Below, one piece after another: positions 8,831 to 18,195 of a stretch of 64,000 bases of DNA. Each line of letters starts with the position of its first letter. Position 1 is the stretch's first letter. A program made the translations under genes and the position numbers. Source of the stretch: a virus (taxonomy: Duplodnaviria; Caudoviricetes); IMG/VR virus record IMGVR_UViG_3300002185_000031, positions 1-64,000 of that record. One strand, 5' to 3'. The notes beneath the pieces were generated by a model that was not told the origin of the DNA, searched no databases, and saw only the letters and a program-made list of their open reading frames with translations.

Positions 8831-10375
8831 TCACCTCCATTCCACAGGCAAGTCATCCCCTGCCGATATTCCATACCCATACACTGTAGTTGTATTTGCA
8901 TAACCTGGAGCTACTCTTATCCCCCTTTCTTTCAGCTCCTTACTAAAATTGTTTTTACCCTTTGCAGGGATATTACTCTCATCACACCATTTTTTATATT
9001 CTTCAAATACATCTTGAAGTGGTGAACCATCTTCACTCTTGATTTTCACAAGAGATTCATTAACAAACTGCATTATAATGTCACTTTCAGCTTGGTATCC
9101 GTCCACAGCATCAATTACAGCCTTGACATCTTGCAAGCCCTCTGCAACAAACATCTTATAACCTTCAAGCAGCCAATTCAATATGCCGCTTTTTGCCTCT
9201 TCGGTAAGAAAATAATCTTTCAATCCCGCATCTTCCGATTTGGCATCAAAATGACGCTCAAAAGGGATTATTTTCACTCTGCGGCTCTTGAAAAGCGTGT
9301 TTTCCTTTACACTTGGCAAGAAATTTGAATGGAAAAATAGCTTAAACTGCGGCATAAATGTAAAAGTTTCTTGATACATGCGTCTTGCATCCATTGTATC
9401 TCTGCCTGTCATCTGCTTGACTTTACGCTCGGAGAGTTTCATGCCTTTTTCTGGTTCAGGTACAAGGACAATTCTTGCACCTGCTAATCTTGCCATAGTG
9501 GGGCTGGCTGCCTCAGCATTGAGATTTTTGGACACAGCTAAATGTTCAGGGTCAAGAGTTACGCAATAGTCACCCATGATATTCTGTATCGTGCCAAAAA
9601 GTGTACCTTTGCCGTTTCTTGTCAATCGTCCAAATGCGATAAAAAAGCACTCTAAATGCGTTTGTCCTGATATACCATAGCCTAAAGCCTTTTGCAAATA
9701 TCGGGCAAGTTCTTTATCCCCACACATGATTTCATCAATGAATTTTTCCCATCTTTCGCATTTTGCACCTCTGACAAAGGTAACATTCGCCATTTTGGTT
9801 AATTTATCGGTATGCTTTTGCTTTTGCGCTCGTTGTCTTTGCAGATTCATTGTCTTATTACGCACATTCAAAATCATCTTATCAGCATCAACATCATCTG
9901 GTAAAATGCGGCACTCTGACGAAGCCATTTTTATCATACGATTTTGTGTGGGTTCATCTTGTGCAGTAGTTGATTTTTTATCCCATTTTTGCATTGCTTT
10001 TTCAAAGAGCCGCTGTAAATTTTCAAGCTCTATTTTCTTGTTCATATCACCTGTTGACGTTATCGCACCTGTAAAATCCGTCACAACTAAACCCTGCAAT
10101 TGCGCCATAACATCATTGAGTTTAGCACTATAAGGGTTATTCGCTTTTAAATGTCTGACTATTAACTTCGTCTGTTGCGCTACTTCGTCACCCATATCAG
10201 GTTTCCAGCGGCTGCCGTCATATTTATACCATTCGCCTTTTTTGGGGGATATGGCAAAATATGCAAATTTCCCGACAAAACAGTCTGCCAAATAATACCC
10301 AAAGCCGATATCGTCAGCGGTATGTCTTGCCGTGTCGATTATGGGATATTTGTTTTTTTCGTGGGGGTTTGCCAC
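8831..10375 (-). CDS. P4-family phage/plasmid primase-helicase (D5-like)
   Basis: D5_N region, GRLTRNGKGTL Walker A, ARLAGARIV, C-terminal winged-helix EYKKWC..GKNNFSKEL. Confidence 0.9.
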   Translation of the reverse strand: MANPHEKNKYPIIDTARHTADDIGFGYYLADCFVGKFAYFAISPKKGEWYKYDGSRWKPDMGDEVAQQTKLIVRHLKANNPYSAKLNDVMAQLQGLVVTDFTGAITSTGDMNKKIELENLQRLFEKAMQKWDKKSTTAQDEPTQNRMIKMASSECRILPDDVDADKMILNVRNKTMNLQRQRAQKQKHTDKLTKMANVTFVRGAKCERWEKFIDEIMCGDKELARYLQKALGYGISGQTHLECFFIAFGRLTRNGKGTLFGTIQNIMGDYCVTLDPEHLAVSKNLNAEAASPTMARLAGARIVLVPEPEKGMKLSERKVKQMTGRDTMDARRMYQETFTFMPQFKLFFHSNFLPSVKENTLFKSRRVKIIPFERHFDAKSEDAGLKDYFLTEEAKSGILNWLLEGYKMFVAEGLQDVKAVIDAVDGYQAESDIIMQFVNESLVKIKSEDGSPLQDVFEEYKKWCDESNIPAKGKNNFSKELKERGIRVAPGYANTTTVYGYGISAGDDLPVEWR

Positions 10376-10388
10376 TTCTACCCCCCCT

Positions 10389-10637
10389 TTATTCTACAGA
10401 TTCAAATTGTGCTTCAAGTTGTGGGAGGTAAAAATCAAGCATGTTGTTGACTATCATTGAAATAGGGATAATTTCGCCTGTTTTTTCGCTTTGTTTTCTT
10501 GCTATTTCCTGCAATCGAGCCTTATTGTTAAGTGTAACATAGAGGTTTAACACAGTTTTTTTCTCTTTAGATAGTATTTGCTCTGATATGGCTAAATTCA
10601 TTTTATCACTCCCTTCAAGTATTAAATACTCTAACAT
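10389..10637 (-). CDS. Small putative ribbon-helix-helix DNA-binding protein
   Basis: TVLNLYV strand followed by two helices; first gene before the primase. Confidence 0.5.
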   Translation of the reverse strand: MLEYLILEGSDKMNLAISEQILSKEKKTVLNLYVTLNNKARLQEIARKQSEKTGEIIPISMIVNNMLDFYLPQLEAQFESVE

Positions 10638-10774
10638 AATATTAGCAACAAGTCAATAGATTTTCAATAAATATTTTCAAAATTTTTTTCCATCAAAAAA
10701 GAAACATTTTCTTTTTGCGAACAAAACAAAAACACTTTTTGGAACAGCCTATCATTTTTACACGCAAAAGGGAA

Positions 10775-11206
10775 TTTACAAGAAAAAAAGCCCCATTTCT
10801 CTAGAAAAAACAACCCTTTTTAAATCGCCTAATATATGGAAACTTTTTTGATAAATGGCGTAAATTAGCCATTCTTCTATCTGGGTACTTTTAATTTTTG
10901 AATTTTCTTAAAAATGGTAGAATGTTGATTTTTCGGGTTTTGTTGGCATTTTCGTAATTTTAAAATGTTTCAGTAAACAGTTGAAGTTATTTATCTCCTT
11001 AAGAACCCCTATATAAAATATAATATATTTTATATTAATCTTTATATAAATATTTTTATATATTAAAAATAGGGTTTATAAGGCTTAAATAAAGGGTTTT
11101 AGGGGGTTTTAAAAAGATTTAAAGTTTAAGTTTACAAGGAAGTGAATATTTCGAGAAATGGCTTATTTATAAGGTTTATAGGTATTTTACAATAAATGTA
11201 AGTGTC
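10775..11206. repeat. AT-rich origin-like element, copy 1 (inverted homologue of 54407-54850)
   Basis: Shared blocks such as AAATATTTATATAAAGATTA (reverse complement) and ATAAATGGC(G/T)TAAA. Confidence 0.7.
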
Positions 11207-11299
11207 TGAAAAAGGGGCAAAAACGCACGAAAATTTTTGATGGATGGGGGTAAGGGCAATAAAAATAGCCCCCTACGCTAAAAAATGCGCAGGGGGTGA

Positions 11300-11459
11300 A
11301 AATGCCTTTTGCGGGGGTAAGCAAATGTCAGCGTTTTGCAGATTAAAAGGCATTGAAATTAGGAAATGCGCTGATGATGGCGGCCAATACGGCGAAGTCA
11401 ACAGCTATCCTATGGCAGTTTGGGATGAATTTATGGGCAATTCTGCTCGCAAAAGGTAA
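11300..11459 (+). pseudogene. Antirepressor-like C-terminal fragment
   Basis: GKQMSAFCRLKGIEIRKCAD...YGEVNSYP resembles phage antirepressor C-termini; no plausible N-terminus. Confidence 0.45.
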
Positions 11460-11476
11460 AAAGACCTTTTGCTTAA

Positions 11477-11509
11477 ATAAAAAAACTCCCACCAACTAAG
11501 GCGGGAGCA
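11477..11509 (-). terminator. Intrinsic terminator ending the late operon
   Basis: GCTCCCGCC..GGTGGGGAG followed by a T7 run on the minus strand. Confidence 0.6.
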
Positions 11510-11511
11510 AA

Positions 11512-12318
11512 TCATCTCTCATAATTATCAATCCCCTCAATATCATTAACACGAGAATCCCACAAATACCCCATTTCATATTGTTTCATACGGTCAAATC
11601 CGTTTTCTCTATGTCTATTGACAACACGGTGAATCAGATATTTTTGCCCATGATTATGACTTGTCATCATGACAATATCGTCAATTTTAAGCCCTCCATG
11701 CAGCACTCCTTCTATAGCGGTTGTTTGAGGCTGTTTTGGACTGTTTAAGAGTGGTTCTTTACCTACTCCCTCCATAATGTCTAACCGAAAAACAACGTCA
11801 CCAGAGGCGTGTAGAGCGGTATTTAGGGCACCCATAACTTTACCGCCTGATATATTAGGAATGGTAAGCGAAAAACTGCCATTTTGCATAGTGAGCCAGC
11901 GGCTGAAATCAATGCCTGCTATGCCATAGTTCTGTGTATTTGGAGGCGGATTAACAACGCCGCCGCTTGTACCTACTGGAGCAGAAAAGCTCAAATTGAA
12001 AGCAGTCGAATCCCCCATCAAGTTAAAAAGCATAGCATTAAAATGATTGCTGACTTCATTCGCCGAACCTGTAAATTGCATTTCTCTAGGCTGTCCATAA
12101 ACACGATGCACCAAAAATCTAACCTTTTTTACAATCACGTTATCAGTCAAATAGAAATGCTCGGAGGGCAACTCTATTTTTGAACTGTCAATCCTAATCA
12201 ACAGCGGGTCAACTCTTACAACCGTACCAAAATCTATTTTTGAATCTACTTTGTTGGAATCGCCAGCAATACATTCGTGCAAATCATTCACAAACTGTCC
12301 AAAATGTTCAATCATCAA
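11512..12318 (-). CDS. DUF2577-like baseplate/spike-region protein
   Basis: FGTVVRVDPLLIRID...LKIDDIVMM...GQKYLI. Confidence 0.7.
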   Translation of the reverse strand: MMIEHFGQFVNDLHECIAGDSNKVDSKIDFGTVVRVDPLLIRIDSSKIELPSEHFYLTDNVIVKKVRFLVHRVYGQPREMQFTGSANEVSNHFNAMLFNLMGDSTAFNLSFSAPVGTSGGVVNPPPNTQNYGIAGIDFSRWLTMQNGSFSLTIPNISGGKVMGALNTALHASGDVVFRLDIMEGVGKEPLLNSPKQPQTTAIEGVLHGGLKIDDIVMMTSHNHGQKYLIHRVVNRHRENGFDRMKQYEMGYLWDSRVNDIEGIDNYER

Positions 12319-12319
12319 A

Positions 12320-13375
12320 TCACCTCACAAAAAACAGCTCCAAATCCATCTTATGCGTATTAGCATGGTAAACATGTGTAACACTAGACAGGCTCATATA
12401 ATGGTCGATTTTGCCCCTAGAAAGGCGTATCTGCACCCCATCTCCCGCTTGTAATCCATTTATACCTAATGCAGTCAAGCGAAGCCGCCTCTGCGGTCTA
12501 TTAAATCCCTGCAAGTGCAGATTAAGCATATCACTAATTTCTGCCTCCGTCATATGCTCCTGCGCCTCAACTGTCAACTGCCTAGGCCACCATCGGCGCA
12601 CATTATTACTGTCATGCCGCTGCCAGACTTCACGGAATCCTATCTCGTCATTATCACGTATAACTTTGATAATATTGTAGCTGCTCTCGTTGATATTGAC
12701 GTTATAAGTAAAACTCTCTCCAAAACTCTCATCACCTAACACGTAAGGTGTACGCAAGGCTTGCAATTCTCTCCACGCAATAGTCCCCAGCTCATCCCGA
12801 ATCATATACTGTCTAGGCTCTGCTATATGCGCCAATGACATACTATCCATTATCATACTGTAAACAGTTTCGCCCAAAAATAAATGACTTTCCAGTGATG
12901 CAAAACTAGGCTCTTGCACAGCAAAATTAAAGCCTTCACTTCCTAAGCTGCGCACACGGGCATTATGCTCTGTCATAACGTGAGTAAAAAACCCGCTGGC
13001 AGTCATCCCCACCGCCCTGTATGCTGTTTCGTTTGATTGCAAAAAGTGAAGATGGTCAACGGCTCGCAAAACGTAAACGGCACTATGCCCGCCATGTTGG
13101 GATAATTCTATCACCTCAATAATTCCAAAAAAATAATCCGTTCCATTCACTCCGAAACGGATACGGCTGCCCTCAGTGATAACAATGCCCTCGGCGGTGA
13201 TATTTTCTTTCAGCATTACCTCCAGCGTACCGGGCTGACTAGCATTTCTTGAAGTTTGCCATGTGATTGATTCCACAAGTCGCATATCAGCTAAATCAAG
13301 CAAAATTCCGCTGTCTATGTCTTGTACAAATAGGGTGATTTTATATTGTGATTGGCTTAGTGTATTGATGATCAT
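12320..13375 (-). CDS. XkdQ-like baseplate hub protein
   Basis: ITWQTSRNASQPGTLEV, FFGII, YMIRDELG, LTALGINGLQAGD, SSVTHVY. Confidence 0.8.
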   Translation of the reverse strand: MIINTLSQSQYKITLFVQDIDSGILLDLADMRLVESITWQTSRNASQPGTLEVMLKENITAEGIVITEGSRIRFGVNGTDYFFGIIEVIELSQHGGHSAVYVLRAVDHLHFLQSNETAYRAVGMTASGFFTHVMTEHNARVRSLGSEGFNFAVQEPSFASLESHLFLGETVYSMIMDSMSLAHIAEPRQYMIRDELGTIAWRELQALRTPYVLGDESFGESFTYNVNINESSYNIIKVIRDNDEIGFREVWQRHDSNNVRRWWPRQLTVEAQEHMTEAEISDMLNLHLQGFNRPQRRLRLTALGINGLQAGDGVQIRLSRGKIDHYMSLSSVTHVYHANTHKMDLELFFVR

Positions 13376-13416
13376 TTTATCACCTCAATAAAAAACCGCC
13401 TTTTGGGCGGTTGTGG
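13373..13416 (-). terminator. Terminator plus RBS unit, 44-bp exact repeat copy 1
   Basis: CCACAACCGCCCAAAAGGCGGTTTTTTATTGAGGTGATAAAATG, identical to 14780-14823. Confidence 0.75.
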
Positions 13417-13484
13417 CTATCACGCATACCAACATTCTGGATATTCACGCCTCCAAACGTTATTGCGCAATAGGACTATTTTTA

Positions 13485-14189
13485 TTACCATGAATCTGGT
13501 AATCGGAATACTTGACCAGGAAATATCAAATTTCCCTGTCGGTGCGCCCCTGCTCTAGCATGTATTACATCTTGATTCAGCTCATACAACTCCCGCCAAT
13601 TTGCCCCATTCCCGCTAAATCTCTGCGCTATACCCCACAAAGTATCACCACGAACAACCGTATAAGTTTCAGGCGAAGACGGCGGCACATTAACAACAGG
13701 CGGCGGTGGTGCTTCAACAGCTATCCCTTGCGGCGTATCTATCATCTGCAAAGTCTGAACCTCATGCGGCACATACTCAATCAAATCAAGCCTATAATGG
13801 ATATCATCAGGGAAAAGGCTATCAATTTCCCTATTACGATACTCACATAACACCATTACATTAGTTGCATAAGTGGGAATATCGCTGACAATAACCAGCC
13901 TTGCAGGCTCTCGGCTGCGTTGCCATATATGCAGATAATCATTATACTGCCGTGCTGTAAATCCGCCCTCAATGTACCTATCTATCCAGCGTTGACTAAA
14001 CTGACTGTCTATAGATACCGTGGCAAGTCCTTGAAATGATGGAGCGGACACATCGCCCACGCTTAATATATTATGTATTTGGGCTTGTGAGGCTCTGGGG
14101 AAGTCCAAACGGTCTACCAGCTCTGGGATAATCAAACTCCCGCCGGGGAATCCGTGCCATTCTAAGTGTATGAAACATCTTCTTGTCAT
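13485..14189 (-). CDS. XkdP-like tail tube initiator with LysM domain
   Basis: YTVVRGDTLWGIAQRF...NLIFPGQVFRLP LysM. Confidence 0.85.
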   Translation of the reverse strand: MTRRCFIHLEWHGFPGGSLIIPELVDRLDFPRASQAQIHNILSVGDVSAPSFQGLATVSIDSQFSQRWIDRYIEGGFTARQYNDYLHIWQRSREPARLVIVSDIPTYATNVMVLCEYRNREIDSLFPDDIHYRLDLIEYVPHEVQTLQMIDTPQGIAVEAPPPPVVNVPPSSPETYTVVRGDTLWGIAQRFSGNGANWRELYELNQDVIHARAGAHRQGNLIFPGQVFRLPDSW

Positions 14190-14782
14190 GACAACTCATC
14201 CCCAATCAACTTAACACCCAAATCCCAACTCTTAACCTTATCATACTCATCAGGCATCTGCAACTCGCTAACCTCAACATTAAAATAAAACCGCAAAATC
14301 CCGTCCGAAGTATCTCCCGCATGTCGATTTTGAGTAGCCACAATATCCCCCCAAGGCATGGCAATAGATGACAAAACCCGTTCCAAAGTCAGCTCCATCC
14401 ACTCAAGAGCCTCATTAAGACGTGCCACGACTTCCCGATTTTGCGGGTCTATGTTAATATGATAAAATAATCCAATCAAATACTGATAAAAATATCGGAC
14501 ATAATCCCCCTCACGCTGCCGCTGTATCGTGTGCCTGTCAATCTGATAAACGTAAATAAAAGGAAAATGCCGATTGTCTTTTGTGCCGTGCGCAATGCCA
14601 GTTACAGCATCAATCTCACCTGTTTCCGTGTAGACGTTCAACCTGTGCACATTAGGAGGCTGTGGTCGCCATGTTCCGTCTGGCTGTTGTATCGGCGGAC
14701 GAGCTATAGCAACCGTAGGAATCCACCGCCGAATTTCGGCGACTGTTGCGTTTTTTACGTCTGATGGGGATAGGATATGCAT
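14186..14782 (-). CDS. Putative tail terminator/completion protein
   Basis: FPFIYVYQID, DGILRFYFN resemble Firmicute myophage terminator proteins. Confidence 0.55.
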   Translation of the reverse strand: MHILSPSDVKNATVAEIRRWIPTVAIARPPIQQPDGTWRPQPPNVHRLNVYTETGEIDAVTGIAHGTKDNRHFPFIYVYQIDRHTIQRQREGDYVRYFYQYLIGLFYHINIDPQNREVVARLNEALEWMELTLERVLSSIAMPWGDIVATQNRHAGDTSDGILRFYFNVEVSELQMPDEYDKVKSWDLGVKLIGDELS

Positions 14783-14823
14783 TTTATCACCTCAATAAAA
14801 AACCGCCTTTTGGGCGGTTGTGG
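14780..14823 (-). terminator. Terminator plus RBS unit, 44-bp exact repeat copy 2
   Basis: Identical to 13373-13416. Confidence 0.75.
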
Positions 14824-14825
14824 TT

Positions 14826-15024
14826 TTAGTTGTTGTTTTTAGATTGCCATTGGGCTTTATATTCTTTGAGTGATAACCCACCATTGGGACCAAATTTATC
14901 ATCGTGGTCTTCATATTGTAACGGGTCATCTTGCCACTTGCAATTTTCGCAAATATCAAAACCACCTCTATCTTCAAAAGCCAATTCACCGCATATTGGA
15001 CAATCATATTTTTTATCTCCTCAT
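14826..15024 (-). pseudogene. CPCC-like Cys-rich protein lacking an in-frame start
   Basis: KYDCPICGELAFEDRGGFDICENCKWQDD...GPNGGLSLKEYKAQW; nearby ATG AGG AGA TAA is out of frame. Confidence 0.55.
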
Positions 15025-15035
15025 TTCCTATTGGG

Positions 15036-15236
15036 TTATTCTTCAACGATATCAAATATATCAACTTCATAAGGCTCTTGTTCGTCATGGTCATCTTCGT
15101 AGAGCATATAATGGAGGCCTTTTTCATTGCTGTCATCGTATGTCATTTCAATTATTTCTTCTACTTCATATATTTTACCATGTGTTAAACTAGGATATTC
15201 TCCTGTAGCCTTGTTTGCATTAAATCTCACCTTCAT
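15036..15236 (-). CDS. Small acidic protein, candidate immunity protein
   Basis: MKVRF...SLTHGKIYEVEE...YEVDIFDIVEE; directly downstream of the toxin-like ORF. Confidence 0.55.
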   Translation of the reverse strand: MKVRFNANKATGEYPSLTHGKIYEVEEIIEMTYDDSNEKGLHYMLYEDDHDEQEPYEVDIFDIVEE

Positions 15237-15249
15237 ATATTGCCCTCCC

Positions 15250-15873
15250 CTAAAACATTCTTTTTACTTTCTGTTCAACGTAACCAATATTGGGATTATA
15301 AAAAGAGTGTACTCTTGCCCTCTTCCGCTGACCATCCACATCCAAGGTAACATTGCAAGCCTTTTTCTGCCAATCTGTTGCGTTACCGCCATATTGTTTC
15401 GCTAATCTGTCGGCTTGCTGAACAGTCTTTTTGCTCTGTCCTCCTGCAATATCATCTTTTTCTACAACAGATGCATTTGCTACAACATTAAACCTCTTCC
15501 CACTAATCTCATCATACACCTCTGCAATTGTCGCTGATGGCGTTGTTATTTTACCTTTTGGCTTTTCATCTTTGACTTCATCTTCTTTGTCAGGTTCTTT
15601 AGTTTCACTTCCTACATCGTCCTTTGTGCAATTAGGATTATTACAATTACCAGTTTCCTTTTCAAGAAATCCACCGCAATCAGGGCATTTCTCCGATTTA
15701 TTCCCAACCACCCCATCAAAACAAGCCCCACACCCATTACACAACTTTGCCTTATTAATCACAAATAGAGTGTTGTTCTTGAAACAGCAGTATGGGGTGA
15801 TTTGGAGGGTGGTTTTGTGCCTTTTAAGTCTGTTTGGTATCAGTAGTTTCTTTAATTTTTGCAATAATATCAC
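15250..15873 (-). CDS. Moron with Zn-ribbon N-terminus and MuF-toxin-like C-terminal domain
   Basis: CPDCGG..CNNPNC, charged linker, then IAGG..DRLAKQYGG..DWQKK..RVH..NIGYVEQKVK; has its own promoter. Confidence 0.55.
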   Translation of the reverse strand: MILLQKLKKLLIPNRLKRHKTTLQITPYCCFKNNTLFVINKAKLCNGCGACFDGVVGNKSEKCPDCGGFLEKETGNCNNPNCTKDDVGSETKEPDKEDEVKDEKPKGKITTPSATIAEVYDEISGKRFNVVANASVVEKDDIAGGQSKKTVQQADRLAKQYGGNATDWQKKACNVTLDVDGQRKRARVHSFYNPNIGYVEQKVKRMF

Positions 15874-15887
15874 TCCTGCTAAACATC

Positions 15888-15916
15888 ATCATATCATACC
15901 CATTACACAATGTCAA
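15888..15916 (-). promoter_or_regulatory. SigA promoter with CATTACACAATG operator
   Basis: TTGACA-17-TATGAT. Confidence 0.75.
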
Positions 15917-15917
15917 A

Positions 15918-16316
15918 TCATTTTTCAAACTTTTTAGCAAACTTTTCTTGATATCTCTCTTCCCGCCCAATCGCCGCCTTATTCATACCCCGCAGCCAAA
16001 AAAATAAGGGCTTTTCTCGTGGGGTTACAAATTCGCCGCTGATGTAGTGGGTGAATCCTTCGTTGACGAACGAAGCATAAGGCGCATAATTCATCCATTC
16101 AGCAGAAGTAATATCTCCCTCTGTAACAGGTTCTGTAGTATCAAAAGAATCCGCAAGCTGTCCTGTGTCAACAGGGGTATAAATAGCTACTTCTGCCGCA
16201 AAATGAGCAAACTCATCTTTCAAAAATTGTTTGTTCATATCGGGGATTTCCTGTTGCGCTTGTATGATAGTGTTTAGCAGCTCATCTAATCCGCTTGTGT
16301 CTGTGTTAATTTTCAT
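15918..16316 (-). CDS. HK97 gp10-family tail component
   Basis: TPVDTGQLADSF, NYAPYASFVNEG. Confidence 0.85.
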   Translation of the reverse strand: MKINTDTSGLDELLNTIIQAQQEIPDMNKQFLKDEFAHFAAEVAIYTPVDTGQLADSFDTTEPVTEGDITSAEWMNYAPYASFVNEGFTHYISGEFVTPREKPLFFWLRGMNKAAIGREERYQEKFAKKFEK

Positions 16317-16327
16317 TTTTTAACCCC

Positions 16328-17398
16328 CTAATTAAACCAATCATACCAAAACGTAACATAAGCCCCCAACTCAGCAGCAGTAGGCGTAACAGCCCTCAAA
16401 TCAAACCGCCATTCATTCCCAACCCGCTCCGCTCTCCGTATCTCCATAACATCCCCATCAGGATATAGACGAACCCGCCGCCCTATCTGTGTCATAGGGA
16501 TAGTCGCAAAATTAGTAGGGTGGACAACCGCCCCCACCTCAGTCATAGGCGGTATGCGAATAGCAATATGTATTAAATCCCCAGTCTGCCCTAAATAATG
16601 TAAATTTAACCGCCCCCACCAATGCGCCCCTGTTTCTCTCATGCCCATATTATTAGTATATGCACCTGTAGAGAAGTTTCGCAAGTAAATGGGTACAGTA
16701 ACCTTTTCATAAACAAATTCAATCGTATATTTTTCGTTTTTCGGTGTTAATGTCAATTTATCATCATGTATTATCTCATTATCAAAATTCATATGTAAAA
16801 AGTCAAAGCCGTGTATTTCTAACGCCTCAATATCTATTTCCTCATATCGTGGCACACTCTTAATGATTGAAGTTCTTATCTCATTCCCTGTGGCATCTAC
16901 AAAACGAATCGTCAACTCGCTCACAGTTTCAGGCGCAACAGGCTTTTCCTCTTCGGGCGGCAGCGGTGTAACATCATTGATGATATCATCCCGCCCCAGT
17001 GCATTCATAGCCAAAGATATCCTTTTGCGACTGTGCCATGTTGTAGGACTGCCTGCTATGCCTCTAAAAGCATCTTTAATATTTCCCTCTGAATCGGGTA
17101 TTTTAATAATAATCGTGTCATTATTTCGCACGTCTGTATCAGTAGGCATGTGTATAGTATAAGATGTAATAACAGGAAACGTGCTTGTTGCGTTAGGGTC
17201 TGGATTATCCACCGCCCCCGCTGTCATATGTACAGGTATATTGCTGTATATTTCAGTTATAGCGGGTTGCATAGGTAACTGTCGTCGCACATCCATATAA
17301 TGAGTGTCAAATATTTCAGCTAATGCCTTGCCCATCTGCTCAAGTTGATATCGTTCCCGCCTGTGTATTCGTGTTTGCGCCTCACTTCGCCATGACAT
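16328..17398 (-). CDS. Head-closure-like protein with appended MucBP-like and extra C-terminal domain
   Basis: DTDVRNNDTIII..AGSPT (head closure); LTIRFVDATGNEI..EIHGFDF..IEFVYEK (MucBP-like). Confidence 0.55.
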   Translation of the reverse strand: MSWRSEAQTRIHRRERYQLEQMGKALAEIFDTHYMDVRRQLPMQPAITEIYSNIPVHMTAGAVDNPDPNATSTFPVITSYTIHMPTDTDVRNNDTIIIKIPDSEGNIKDAFRGIAGSPTTWHSRKRISLAMNALGRDDIINDVTPLPPEEEKPVAPETVSELTIRFVDATGNEIRTSIIKSVPRYEEIDIEALEIHGFDFLHMNFDNEIIHDDKLTLTPKNEKYTIEFVYEKVTVPIYLRNFSTGAYTNNMGMRETGAHWWGRLNLHYLGQTGDLIHIAIRIPPMTEVGAVVHPTNFATIPMTQIGRRVRLYPDGDVMEIRRAERVGNEWRFDLRAVTPTAAELGAYVTFWYDWFN

Positions 17399-17399
17399 G

Positions 17400-17906
17400 T
17401 TATCCTCTCCTCTGCCGCCATTCTAAAAATCCAATCTTTTCCAGTTTCTTAAAAAGTTTATTCATTTCGCTGGTAATCACATTTTCACTAACATTCAACG
17501 CTTGCCCGACTTGATTTCGAGATAGCAGCGTACCTTTTCTAAACATCCTCAAATAGTCATTATGAGGAAAGTCGGCGGGGTCATAACCAAAATATCTCAA
17601 CTTGATAATGTCAATCTGCATACTATTAGGGGCAGCCTCTTCGATTATTCTTTGCAAGTCGCTTTTGACTGCTGTTTTTAGCTCTTTTCGCATTTCTTTT
17701 TTGATATCTATGGTTATCGCCCTCCTGCAATTAAAAAACTGCCTTTTCGGCAGTTTGGGATTATGTTCTAGGTTCGTAAAATTCGCAAGCCTCATCATCA
17801 TATACAGTCCAGTCGGAATGTCTTTCCGATTCATGATTTTCGCATACAAAATCAAAATCAGCTTGCGTGTTGGGCTTGGCGTGTATGCATTTTCCGCAAA
17901 TTTCAT
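17400..17906 (-). CDS. Hypothetical protein with connector-like N-terminus and C-terminal HTH
   Basis: NRKDIPTGL motif; LSRNQVGQALNVSENVI sigma4-like HTH. Confidence 0.45.
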   Translation of the reverse strand: MKFAENAYTPSPTRKLILILYAKIMNRKDIPTGLYMMMRLANFTNLEHNPKLPKRQFFNCRRAITIDIKKEMRKELKTAVKSDLQRIIEEAAPNSMQIDIIKLRYFGYDPADFPHNDYLRMFRKGTLLSRNQVGQALNVSENVITSEMNKLFKKLEKIGFLEWRQRRG

Positions 17907-18195
17907 TTTTATTTTTCAATATTATCATCTCCAGTCTTTAATTGCAATCCAATAAGAAAAGCATTTATGCAAGCCGTAATCACACTCGCTCCTATAGTTG
18001 CCAATGCTAAGCCAATCCGAAAATTACCGTTTGCTATTCCGTGAAGGTTAATTGCTATTATTATAAGTGCGATAATTAGTAATATGAGGTTTTGGTATAT
18101 TTGCTTTAGGTTTATTTTATCACATCCTTTACTTGCCTGTAAGCCCCTATTATACTATAAAAAATCGTCCAATTAAAGACAATTTTTTATTAGCA

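Noticed and set aside
13390-13460. 22-aa leader peptide reading through the terminator
   Set aside because: GGAGG lies only 1 nt from the GTG, and the identical terminator at 14780 has no such ORF.
14792-15136. 114-aa minus-strand ORF from the track
   Set aside because: It overlaps the acidic ORF and the CPCC-like frame; the alternative frames have recognisable motifs and this one does not.
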